Shown here one piece after another: positions 51,526 to 62,951 of a DNA stretch of 64,000 nucleotides. Position 1 is the first letter of the stretch. Each line of letters opens with the position of its first letter. The position numbers and the translations under genes are program-made. Below the pieces are notes generated by a model that saw only the letters and a list, made by a program, of their open reading frames with translations, made no database searches and was not told the DNA's origin. Source of the stretch: Somniosus microcephalus (Eukaryota); NCBI GenBank assembly GCA_052327205.1, contig CM126207.1, positions 51,770,001 to 51,834,000 on the forward strand, given 5' to 3'.

Positions 51526-52334
51526 AAAAAGACAAATAGTATCTTAATTTAAGCTCTCTTCAAAATTAGGAACAAATTGGTTGAATTTTGAAAACTCTAA
51601 TCATGAGTTTTTGCTGACAGCAATGTTCATATTTTCTTATAGCTGTGAAAGAGAGGCACATCTAGGAACTGAACAGAAAATATCAGATTCAGTGTTTGCA
51701 TAAATCATTCAGAATGTTATAAACAAGTGCTGCCAGCTATGGGATCTCTCCCATCCCCCCCCCCCCCCCCCCCAAACAACAGACAGCCCCACATCCTATC
51801 TCTTCCTTCATTGCTGACAGACACTAGGAATCCACCAGATAACCAAGACTCACTTTTATGCCCAAGTTACATACACCACACCTCTGGTTTGCTTTCCACA
51901 GTTCTACCAAAACCAGATTCCCAATTCAGTGCCGCCAGATCGAAGGATAATACCTCCACGATACACCCCCCCCCCCCCCCAAACCCCCCACACACACACA
52001 ATAATGCATGGCATTATGGAATTTAATCCCCAAAACATCAGTAAAAAAAAATAGTATTTCAAATATATATTTATATATATATATTGACTGTCAGTCACTG
52101 TAAATGAGTGGTCCTGATGTTATCCTATCAAGACCTACAGTATATTGTTGTAAAGCAGCAATTCCTCTGATTCAATGCAAGACCATGGAGATCTATTGTA
52201 TCATTAAAAATCTTACAGCTGTGTCCACTTTCTGTCTGCAAAACGTTACTTTTGTCTTTGTCACATTTGTGCCAACTTTAAAATAGTAAACCTCAATGTC
52301 AACTTGCTCCTGTCATTAAATTAATTATCGGTTC

Positions 52335-52353
52335 TGACCACTAGATGGTGTTG
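52335..52353 (+). promoter_or_regulatory. Candidate CTCF site
   Basis: TGACCACTAGATGGTGTTG resembles the CTCF core consensus; it lies in apparently non-repetitive intergenic DNA. Confidence 0.55.
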
Positions 52354-52899
52354 TACTATTGGCCAAAATGCTTTTTGATTTTTATTGTTTTGCATCAGTA
52401 ACTGAAATTCTAATGCCCAAAATAAGGGTTTAAATAAAAAAATTTAAATACTTATATTGCCATAACATGATTAAATTTATCCATTGGATTGTCTTATGTG
52501 CCTGCATTAAAGTTTTTACTTGAGGGCCTCAGCCTATTCTCAAAAGCTTGGGCTTGGTCTTGATATTTTTGCACAGAGCTGTGACACCAGTAGCTGAATG
52601 TAGGTCTTGCATATGCAGTATGCATGGTTTCCCTGGATGCATCAATAGCATTTAAGTTAGTCAAATTATAGAACGCTTCTCAGTTTCTAACAAAATTAAT
52701 TTGGTTGTTTTTCAAAATTATTTGAAGAAAATCATTTCAAAAATTATGTGCAGGTAAAGTTTATATAAGGGTTTATTTTAAACAGGCGTGTGTGGGAGAA
52801 AAAAAATAAATGTAATGATTACACATCTGTTGTAGCCTTTTGTTTCGTATTTCCCAACTTATTGTGACCTTGACATGTTTGTCAAACCCAGGGTTCCCA

Positions 52900-54330
52900 A
52901 CCCCAGTGCAGTGAAACCCAAAGACCACATCCTCAATATTGCTAAATTCAGGACCTCCCCCACTGAGTTCTGCCAAACCTCAGTTGTGCTTCTGGCTCCT
53001 TTTGAAGTAGCTTTATGGATTTCTGCCACATTTCTCAGTCGGTTGTCCACCAAATGCATGGGACAGGTTACATTTTCTTGCACAGTTGAGTTGATCACCC
53101 TCTCTCGGGATCAAAGGTCTCAATTTGAGAGAGGCTTCCAATTGGTAGAATTCCCCGAAGTTCAAGCAGTCAATGATAGAACCCACACAGGCTCCCACCT
53201 CTCTTGAGTGTCCTACATCAAAAGAAAAAGGTTCCATTCCATTAATGTACAGTTAGTATGTGTGATCATGGTCATTGAATCATGCATGCAAGTGCCATTT
53301 TCTGGGGAGCTGCCATGATTCCTTCATATTAAAACAATCCACAGCACCTGCACTCCTGAAAAAGCAAAGGCAAGTGGCCTGATGGATCCATGGAGCTAAA
53401 GGCTACCTTCTTCAGTCTTGACTAATGATAACATTGATGATCCCCAGGACTCCAGTAGTGCACAGGTTCAGTCAGGTCCATTCTGCCACAAGGGTGAAAA
53501 ATTTAACATGATTGGAATGTTTCAGTTGTCTCAGTAGGTCTGGTCAGTACTTCAGTTCAGTCCTGTAAGAGTGGTTAGGATAGTGATCTTTTGGTGCATG
53601 CTGTTGCTACATGACGTGGGTGAAAAGGGTTCTAATATGGAATGCCAATTCCAGTAAAATGAAACAGCACACAAATGTAGACAGAAGATTCAATTCTCTA
53701 TCTCAATCATTCTGGAGAGGCAGATTTCACCTGAATTCTCTGAATCTGGAAAACATCCATGCATGGTACTGCCTGTTACAAACTTGTTAAAACTTTATTA
53801 AACAATAGGGGACCGCAGGAAATGAAAAATGAATAGAAACTTGCTTACTTTCGTACGTAGGAGAGTAGATATTGAGATGATTGAAGGTTGACAAGCTTCA
53901 CCCATATCAATAGGACCATTGTATCAGGCACACTGTAGCTCAGAAATGTAAAGTTGCATGTGAACCAGGCATGATTAGGTTATGCTGAGCATGCCATAAA
54001 AGGATATTTTGATAAGAAACTTGTAAGCAACTAAGGTATATAAATCAGCAGATCATATGGAGTATTTAAATTCGACCCGGGGAGATTGAACTCAAGAATT
54101 GTAATTCGAAAGATATTGTTTCGCCAGCTAAGTTTGCTAGGTTGGAAGTACTTAACTTTGTTTAAGGAATTATACTTTCAATAAATGAACTTTGTGAGTG
54201 TATTGTCTTACCATAATTGATCAATCTTGCTTAATTAAGTTAAGTAGTTTACCCTATTTCATTTTGTGCTTCACAATTTTGCACTGCAAAAGTGTTGCCC
54301 CTGCCTGATGCAGAAGAGGAAGAAAATGGA
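52900..54330 (+). pseudogene. Fossil PIF/Harbinger (HARBI1-like) DDE transposase, split by an insertion
   Basis: Ordered remnants: FPEVQAVNDRTH (about FP.V.GAIDCTH), RKG-FHSINVQLVC (53220-53265), GSCHDSFI (about 53305-53330), GY..W.LM-like, and CM|LHNFALQ across 53595/54266. Confidence 0.75.
53602..54261 (+). mobile_element. Candidate solo LTR inserted in the Harbinger fossil
   Basis: Begins TG and ends CA, with TATATAAA at about 54038 and AATAAA at about 54180. It interrupts the CMLHN motif with atgc/gtgc flanks. Confidence 0.45.
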
Positions 54331-55102
54331 AGGCAAGAGGAAGAAAATGGAAGGCAACAGGAAGAAGGTGAACAACAGAAGCGAAAGTAGGATACCGAGA
54401 ACTGAAGCATTATCTAGAAATATTCACAGTACTCTCACAGTCAATAACTTCTCCTAAGAACCAATGGTCCTTCCTGCAGAAACGTTCCATGCAACCTTGT
54501 TTCTCTGCAGGTCCCTGACCATCCACCATGCTCGCTATCATCTGGGTAAACATCCAAACAAACATTCGCATTCCTCATATCGCAATATACCCGCCTCTAC
54601 TGTATGAAAAACTGAGGAAACATCAGCTTGGGCATAAAATATTTTTACTTTTAGTAGTTCGTCTAACTTTATCTAACTGGATGGTCCTCCTATGAGATAT
54701 CTGAGAGGTTGGAGCCTGCAAGATGATTGGCTAATGACTTCTACATAAGGCGGTTGGGACTGTGGTGGTCTTCCTCTCCTGCTGCGTATGTTCTGAGAAG
54801 GACCAGTTGCAAGCTACATCTCTACTGTTGTTGCTTGGGCAGCCTGGCCCTACTATCTTACTGATACATGCAGACAACTTTGAGGCCTGACTGAAGGGTT
54901 TTCTTGACCTGCTATCATGAGAGACAGCAGGATCATGTGAGCACATTCCTGCAGGCCGTTGTTACTGGATACTCGCTCTGCAAAGCCATTGATCAGTGAA
55001 TGGCACAGACTGAATGATACCAATGAGTGGAGCGCCTGACATTGCCAAGACTCCACAGAAGTAATGCGATGGAAAAGGCAGCACGCTGTGTAAGTTTCTG
55101 GT

Positions 55103-55826
55103 CTTCTCTTCCTAGGCAGTCCCTCGGAACCGAGGATGACTTGCTTCCACACTAAAAATGAGTTATCAGGTGACTGATGAGTCCAATGCGGGACCTACAG
55201 TCTCTGTCACAGGTGGGGCAGATGGTGGTTGAAGGGGCGGGTGGGTGGGGTGCTTGGGTTGACGTGTGCTCTTTCTGCTGTTTGCGCTTGGCTTCCGTTT
55301 GCTCCCGGCGAAGAGACTCGAGGTGTTTGGCGCCTTCCCGGATGCTTCTTCTCCGCTTTGTGCAGTCTTGGGCCAGGGATTCCCAGATGTCGGTGCAGAT
55401 GTTGCATTTTTTTAAGGAGGCTTTGAGGGTGTCCTTGAAGCATTTCCTCTGCCTACCTGGGGCTCTCTTGCCGTGTTGGAGCTCCGAGTAGAGCGCTTGT
55501 TTTGGGAGTCTCGTATCGGGCATGCAGACGATGTGGCCCGTCCATCGGAGCTGATCGAGCATGGTCAGAGCTTCGATGCTGGAGATGTTGGCCTGAGCGA
55601 GAACACTGATGCTGGTGCACCTATCCCGCCAATGGATTTGCAGGATCTTGCGGAGGCAGCGTTGGTGGTACCTCTCCAGTGCTTTGAGGTATCTGCTGTA
55701 CATGGTCCATTTCCCTGAAGCATACAGGAGGGCGGGTATCACTACTGCTCTGTAGACCATGAGCTTAGTGCTGGGTTTGAGGTCCTGGTCTTCAAACACT
55801 CTCTTCCTCAGGCGACCGAAGGCTGC
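55103..55826 (-). mobile_element. 5'-truncated RTE-clade LINE
   Basis: AFGRLRKRVF...TKLMVYRAVVIPALLYAS...RLPKQALYSEL...CPTCDRDCRSRIGLISH. 11-bp TSD AAGTTTCTGGT at 55092-55102 and 55827-55837. Confidence 0.92.
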
Positions 55827-55984
55827 AAGTTTCTGGTGAGCAGGTGCTGTCAACCAGAGGATTGCAGAGTGCCAGAAGAGGATATTTTGTTCCTGAAGCT
55901 GGAATGGGGTGTGGCCAAATACAGAGAGGTCAGGGTGTGAATGGGAGGGGAAGTTAAAGTGACGAGGCACAGGGGAGGAAAAAA

Positions 55985-56400
55985 AGACTTGCATTTATAT
56001 AGCACCTTTCATGACCTCAGGTGTCCCAAAGCGCTTTACAGCCAATTAAGTACCTTTGAGTGTAGTCACTGTTGCAATGTAGGAAATGCGGCAGCCAATT
56101 TGCACACAGCAAAGTCCCACAAACAGCAATGTGATAATGACCAGATAATCTTTTTTTGTTATGTTGATTTGAAGGATAAATATTGGCCAGGACACTTCTT
56201 CAAAATAGTGCCATGGGATCTTTTACATCCACCTCAGTTTAACGTCTCATCTGAAAGACGGCACCTCTGACAGTGCAGCACTCCCTCAAGCACTGCACTG
56301 GAGTGTCAGCCTAGATTTTTGTGCTGAGTCTCTGGAATGGGACTATGAACCCAGGAACATCTGACTGAGAGGCTTGGGTGCGACCAACTGAGCCACGGCT
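55985..56400 (-). mobile_element. Full-length Deu-domain SINE with tRNA-derived head
   Basis: The minus strand begins agccgtggctcagttggt (A box) ... gggttcatagtccc (B box); Deu body and L2-type tail match 48472-48860. Confidence 0.82.
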
Positions 56401-56429
56401 GTGTATTTGAAAATAAATCTTGTGTAATT

Positions 56430-56771
56430 GTCCTTTCGGACGGTTTTTGAATTGTGGCCTTTTCTGAAGCTTCAGGTTGGCATGTATGAGATCTGTCAAT
56501 TTCCCTTCGCATCTCTGCCGTTTCCTCGTCGCATAATTAAGCTCCTTGTCAATTTCCTGAAATATGTCGTTTCTTTGCATTGGTTGCTGCAATTCTCAAT
56601 GAAGTCGCATCACGTCCGGTACGAGGCTGGATTGGTCGTTAACCCTGAAGCCGATTGGCCTGTTCCTTCACCTATCGGCTTCGCCATGGCGCTTTGCTGC
56701 GATAGAAAGTGGAAATCGACACAAAGTTGCCCCCAGGCCGCGACAATTGGTATCGGCACGGTCTGAAAACA
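56430..56771 (+). promoter_or_regulatory. XXYLT1: XXYLT1 CpG-enriched promoter / 5' UTR
   Basis: CpG-dense, with inverted CCAAT (ATTGG) at 56579, 56631, 56654 and 56746, and a YY1-like palindrome CGCCATGGCG at 56682-56691. Confidence 0.7.
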
Positions 56772-57278
56772 ATGGGACTGTGGAGAATGATTGTACAGAC
56801 TAAGGCGAAGTTCACCCCATTCCGCTCCTATCAGTTTGTCCTGTTATTTGCAGCTGCATTGGCAGTTTTTGCCTTTTACTACTTTGGATCCAACCACGAA
56901 AATTTTTCCAGCACCACCAGGAGAATGAAAGAAAACCAGGCAGGGAAGAGCGGACCGGGCGATGCTCCACTGGCAGTGAATCGCAGTGGGAAAAAACCGG
57001 CAGAATCTCAAGAAAGTGCTGCAGCCGTCAACGGCGAATCCGAGAATTCGCCGGGGAAAGAGACGATGCAATTGCATGCTCTTATGATGTTTACCAAAGT
57101 AGACAGAAACTACGGTCTCCAAGAAAAATTTACGGTTGCCATCAAGTCGATGGTAAAACACGCAATGTTTAAAGATGACGAGGTGCTCCATCTGCATTTT
57201 GTTGCTGATGTAGCCAGCAAAAAAATAGGAGAACCGCTCCTGCAGCAGCTGCTGCAAGCTGCTACCTTCAATTACCAG
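56772..57278 (+). CDS. XXYLT1: Xyloside xylosyltransferase 1, coding exon 1 (type II membrane anchor, stem, start of the GT8 domain)
   Basis: acaATGg Kozak; MGLWR...LLFAAALAVFAFYYFGS..ENFSSTTRRMKE...HALMMFTK...EVLHLHFV; CAG|gtacct donor after 169 codons; syntenic with ACAP2. Confidence 0.93.
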
Positions 57279-57607
57279 GTACCTTTCCAAGTTGTCTGCA
57301 TTTTATGGGACCGGTTCTCTTGCTCTATCTAATGATGTCATCGACAATAACAATACTTTACGCTCTGAGTATTTTGTTTTGAATCGAGTTTGGTTAGATT
57401 CAACAGCCGATAAACCCCTGCGAGACGGTGCTTGGGTTTGAACATTTGATTAGGCTTCCTTAGTGACAGTGATATGTAAAATTGTGTTTAATGAGGTTTA
57501 TAATGCAAGACTGAAGTTGAATCCACTTACGTTACACCCTTTCGTCGTTGCAAAGGGGCCTGTCCACATATACCCCATACAAAGCTGTGCTTGCTTGAAT
57601 ATGTGCT

Positions 57608-58195
57608 GGCAGGACCAGATGGTTTTCATCCCAGGGTTTTAAAGGAAGTCCTGGTTAGACCACACCTGGAGTACTGTGTTCAGTTCTGGGCACCACACCT
57701 AAGGAAGGATATATTGGCCTTGGAGGGAGTAATGATACCTGGACTCCAAGGGTTAAATTATGAGGAGAAATTACACAAACTAGGGTTGTATTCCCTGGAA
57801 TTTAGAAGATTCAGGGGTGATTTAATCAAAGTTTTCAAGATACCAATGGGAACTGATAGGGGAGATAGAGAGAAACTATTTCCGCTGGTTGGGGAATCTA
57901 GGACTAGGAAACATAGCCTAAAAATTAGAGCCAGGCCTTTCGGGAGTGAAGTTAGGAAACACTTCTATATGCAAAGGTGGGAGAGGTTTGGAACTCTCTT
58001 CCACAAACAACAGTTGATGCTGGGTCAATTGTTAATTTAAAATCTGAGATTGCTAGATTTTTCTTAACCAGAGGTATTGAGGGATATGTGGCAAAGGCGG
58101 GTATATGGAGTTAGGTCACAAATCAGCCATGATCTCATTGAATGGCGGAACATGCGCGAGGGGCTCAATGGCCTCCTCCTGTTCCTATGTTCCTA
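57608..58195 (+). mobile_element. Internally deleted CR1 3' fragment
   Basis: GPDGFHPRVLKE is fused directly to LVRPHLEYCVQFWAP, followed by the CR1 tail. Confidence 0.85.
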
Positions 58196-58596
58196 TATCC
58201 ATAGGATATCCCTATATGTTCATCTGCATGGAATATTTCAAGCTTTATATTGCACATCTCCCCCATTCTTTTTGTATTTAATGGTAAGGGATGCAACGGT
58301 GAACAAGTTATGTCTCTGACTCTACAGTAATGAATGCATCAATGTTGGTTCATTTTTAAAATTTGCATGTAACTCTAAGATTTTCAAATCTTCATTTTCT
58401 AAAGTGAAATACAAGTTATCTTGCTAACTTTTCTTCACCTTGTTACCATGAGTGCTCCTGAAATGCTCATACGAGATCATCCGGGTTTGTCTGCTCCTGT
58501 TAGGTTTAAAGAAAAAATAGAAATATATATGCATATAATAATATAGTGTATTCAGAGGTTCTAATACCGGGACTTTCAAATTCTGTGCCTTATTAC

Positions 58597-58897
58597 AACA
58601 ACAAAAACAACAACTTGCATTTGTGTAGTGCCTTTACCATAGCAAAACATCCCAAGGTGCTTCACAGGAGCATTATCAAACAAAATTTGACACTGAGCCG
58701 CATAAGGAGATATTGGGACGGGTGACCAAAAGCTTGGTGAGAGAGGCAGGTTTTAAGGAGCATCTGAAAGGAGGAGAGATACGGCAGAGCAGCATAGGGA
58801 GGGAATTTCAGAGCCTAGGGCCCAGGCAGCCGAAGGCACGGCCGCCAATGGTGGAGCGATTTAAAATCGTGGATGTGCAAGTGGCCAGAATTGGATG
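58597..58897 (-). mobile_element. L2 3' fragment
   Basis: Homologous to 2198-2490 (caacaacttgcattt..., aaatttgacactgagcc, ggtgaccaaaagcttggt). Confidence 0.8.
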
Positions 58898-59708
58898 AGT
58901 CTCCCATTTATGTGGAATATGACATAATATGTGTACGATAAGATAGCCTACCAGCTTAAATCCCTCTATCACTAGTTTTCATCTGCCTGAGCATTTCATA
59001 CCCATGTTTCAGGTCCTTTATATTCTAATATTACAGCACCTGAACAGACTTCAAGTTTAAAGGTGTAATGTTGTCCTGATGAGAGGGTGGAAAGATGACC
59101 GTAGTTTAGAGGGAACCAAGCAGTGCAAATACAGTGGCATCAATGTAGTAAAACCAAAAATGATGAGCAGGAATGAAGTCTGTCATCATTTTTACAGTGA
59201 AGTTGTCTTTCACGTTTCCATGTGGAAGTTTCCCACTTTGTATTCAGATGGTAACTACATTCCTTTTGAATAATTACAAGTGAATGAACACCAAGAATTT
59301 TTTGTGGTGTATTTATTTTTTGGTGAGAAACTGAGGTGATAGGCCAAGGCCCTCAGTGCTGCATACCACCAAGATTAGAGAGAGAAAAAGATGAGGTAAA
59401 TCAGGAAGGAGTGGCAAAGTGACGTGAAGTTTGTGTTTAACATCCTAAAGACTAGCATGAAAGAAGGAGTGAGCAAGGTAGGAGTCCCACAGTTTTGAGG
59501 CTTGGGAAAGAATGAATTAGAATAGTGGGATTGCTGGATGGAGGAAGAGCTTGTGGGACAGTATATTTGACACAATGAGAAGGCTCGGAGAAATTGCTAC
59601 CGTATTGGGTTCTTATGGGATCGTTTCACAGCATTTGGTGTAAGTGGACCTTGCTCCCCACAATCCAGAGAATGTACCTTTTTACACTTAGAGTTCCATA
59701 GCCTAGAG

Positions 59709-60056
59709 TAAAATCAGAAAATGCTGGAAATACTCAGGTCAGGCAGCATCTGTGGAGAGAGAAACAGAGTTAACGGTTCAGGTCGATGACCCTTCGTCAG
59801 AACTGAGAGATATAACTGGTTTTAAGCAAGTGCAGGGGCAGGGAAAGGGGGGAGGGGAGGAAAGAACAAAAAGGGAAGGCCTGTGATCGGGTGCTTATCA
59901 CAGTTATATCTCTTTTTCCAGTTCTGACGAAAGGTCATCAATCTGAAACGTGAACTCTGTTTCTCTCTCCACAGATGCTGCCTGACCTGCTGAGTATTTC
60001 CAGCATTTTCTGTTTTTATTTCTGATTTCCAGCATTCGCAGCATTTTGCTTTTGTA
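59709..60056. mobile_element. Penelope-type element remnant with inverted pseudo-LTR arms
   Basis: Arms 59709-59805 and 59919-60018 are reverse complements. Flanking direct repeat tccata(g/a)cctagag at 59695-59708 and 60057-60070. Confidence 0.7.
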
Positions 60057-60299
60057 TCCATAACCTAGAGGCTTAGCAATTAACCTATTGTCTATATTTC
60101 AGGTTTAAAATTGTCAAGTGTTTTTTATTTGGTACATGTACAGATTTGAGGAAATCAAGTTAAAGATGTGTTGATGAGAAAATAGATTTGAAAATACAAT
60201 GCTAAAATGTTGCATAAAAACCTTTCTAAGGCAAGAGTCTTAAAATATTTACAAAGTTCATGTCTTAATATGAACCGACATGCAGTACATAAAAATGTG

Positions 60300-60730
60300 G
60301 ATCCAGAGAATGTTTCCACTTGTGGGGAAGAGCATAACTAGCTCCAGAGTTTTATGTACTGTATGTTGTTTCATATTAAGACATGAACTTTGTAAATATT
60401 TTAAGACTCTTTCCTTAGAAAGGTTTTTATGCAACATTTTAGCTTTGTATTTTCAATATAAGATAGTCACCAAGAAATCCAATAGGCAATTCAGAAGAAA
60501 CTTCTTTACCCAGAGAGTGGTGAGAATGTGGAACTCGCTACCACAGGGAGTGGTTGAGGCAAATAGTATAGATGCATTTAAGGGGCGGTTAGATAAGCAT
60601 ATGAGGGAGAAGGGAGTAGAGGGTTATACTGATAGATTTAGATGAGGAAAGACGGGGGGGGGGGGGGGGGGGGAGGTTCGAATGGAGCATAAACCCCTGC
60701 ATGGCCTGATTCTGTGCCATATATCCTATG
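60300..60730 (+). mobile_element. CR1 3' fragment with an AT-rich interruption (about 60342-60452)
   Basis: RMFPLVGKS ... RRNFFTQRVVRMWNSLPQGVVEA. Confidence 0.8.
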
Positions 60731-62407
60731 TAAATTTGCACCCTTATGCATGGGTGAATGCAGTAGTGTGCACAGGACTAATAATTACCCTTTGACTATG
60801 TGAGAAGTCCACCACACCCTCCTGTCTATTCTGAGAGGTGGTAAATACCATGGTGCTACATCATTAGTCAATTTAAAATTGATGATTAGATTTATTTACA
60901 AGTAAGATCTTTTGGAAGGTACACCAAGAACTGACAGTAGTACAAATGTTTAAAATAGTAAAGAATTAACCAGTCCACAAGGGGTTAAAATATTTTTAGA
61001 TCATTTTTCTATGCCGTTTGATAATCTGAAAGACTTTTGTAGGAAATAGTTTCGGTAGATGTCCCGATGTACATGGTGTCCAGCTGTCAATTTAAACTCC
61101 ACTGAAACTGAACTAAATTTGAACAGCTGAAGCTTAACCTTTATGTCCAAAGAATCCATTCATACCACAGGTGGTAATGTTCAGATTTTAACAAAGTTTC
61201 TCTCGAGGATATCCCTGGTACGAGAGAGAATGATTTCATCTACTTTCCCCAATCTACAAATATTAACATTTCAAAGAATTGCCCAATCACGAAACAAAAA
61301 TGACCTAATTGTTTACTGATTGCAGACATGGCACTAAAAAGGAAGCCATCCTACTCTTATTGAAATTGTGTATGAATCAGCATGGTTTTGTGTATTGTCT
61401 CACATTTTTTCTCTTCATCATCTTTCAGGAGGGACTTGGGTGCCCACTTTTTTTGACCTTCTAGTGACCTCAATGACCTCTGGGGTATAGTACATATTTA
61501 TGTGCAATAGGACAGTATGTATTCAGAATCGGATGCTATTTGTAAGAATAAAAAATTATATACATTTTCATAGCACCTTATCATGGCCTGAAGATGTTCT
61601 AAAGTACTTTGCAGCCAGTGAATTACTCTTGAAGTGCAATTACTGTTGTTATGTGGGTAAATGCAGCAGTTAATTTGCACACACTGAGGTACCACAAAAA
61701 GCACCTGAGCCAAGCTGGCACATATATACACACACATATATCTATCTCTCTCTATCTATATCTGCATATGTACTTGAAATTCCATGTACAGACCAACTAT
61801 TTTTCTTTTATAGGTGGGATGAATAAGCCCTTATTGCTCTTTTGATTTTAGATTGCTGTGTCCAATGCTGAAGATTTAATTCCCTTTTTTATCCCCATCA
61901 GTTTGGTCCTATTCTTTTCATGGACATAGCAAATGAGCTGTACTGTCAGCAGGGCCAAGTGGGTAGGAGCAGGACAGTGAGCTAGAACTGAACAGAAAGC
62001 AATGCAACAGGGGCTATAATTGAATGGATGGAGCTTTCCCACCCAGGAATAGTGAGACCTGTTGTAGGACGCTTAAAAGCTAATTTGCAGTAAAGCAAAA
62101 CTTACATTCTTAATTGTAGAGTTGGGAATGGATTTTGTTGCATTCTTTGATTCTTTTTTCTACAAAAAGTTTGTGGAATTATTTCTGGAAGTGGCACTAA
62201 AGTATCATTTTAATGCATCTATAGGAATAGTTTTCAGAGAGAGTGAAAAACACTGTGTTCAGTCAGAAGGCAAGCGGGGGTAAATGATATCTGCTTACTG
62301 AGTGATTTTCCACATTTTGTTTGTGTGAATATCTTTTTTTTTTACTATTGGTTTCTAACAGTTTCGCAAAACACATCCGAGAGCATGGGAAGGGCGTGTG
62401 CTTATAA

Positions 62408-62734
62408 TGTATTATGCATTGCATGCTACAATGGTCCAGTCATTACCATAGCCTCTGACTCACCATGAGAAACACTACAGAAGATCCGCAGTTCCATAAA
62501 ATATATTGAAATAAAGAATAGATTTGCCTTCCAAAGCTAGGCTTTATTAACTTTAAAATCTGCAGCACATCTTCCCACATCCAGTCCCAACCAAAGCTGG
62601 AAAAGAACTGAATTTAAGGTGGCCACAACACATCATGTGATCATCAACTACCAATGAGATTACAACATATATCCCAAGGCAGTTAACAAACAACCAATCA
62701 CAATACTTTTACTAAACAAGGAATAATCACCACA
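62408..62734 (-). mobile_element. 3' LTR of the Gypsy-type element (distal boundary approximate)
   Basis: On the minus strand, PPT aaaaggaggggtgaa is directly followed by TGTGGTGATT at 62734; AATAAA lies at about 62543-62548. Confidence 0.6.
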
Positions 62735-62951
62735 TTCACCCCTCCTTTTAAAATATACTCCAACCTAAATAACCTTTACAATTTATAATTAATTATTTAC
62801 AACTAAAACTATGCACAAGAATAAAACTGTTCACATGACACAATACTAAGTGAACAACAACAAATAGTAACATTGCACATAAGTATTAAGTATCTCTCAA
62901 CTAAAACAATATACTATAATATTTCAACAATTTAAAAACATTACTATCAAT

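Noticed and set aside
55827-55994. N-terminal part of the 280-aa ORF as part of the RTE protein
   Set aside because: It lies outside the TSD-bounded insertion and is a chance open frame in flanking DNA.
56709-57332. Track ORF of 207 aa as a complete gene
   Set aside because: It starts at a non-ATG codon upstream of the Kozak ATG (56772) and runs past the splice donor at 57278.
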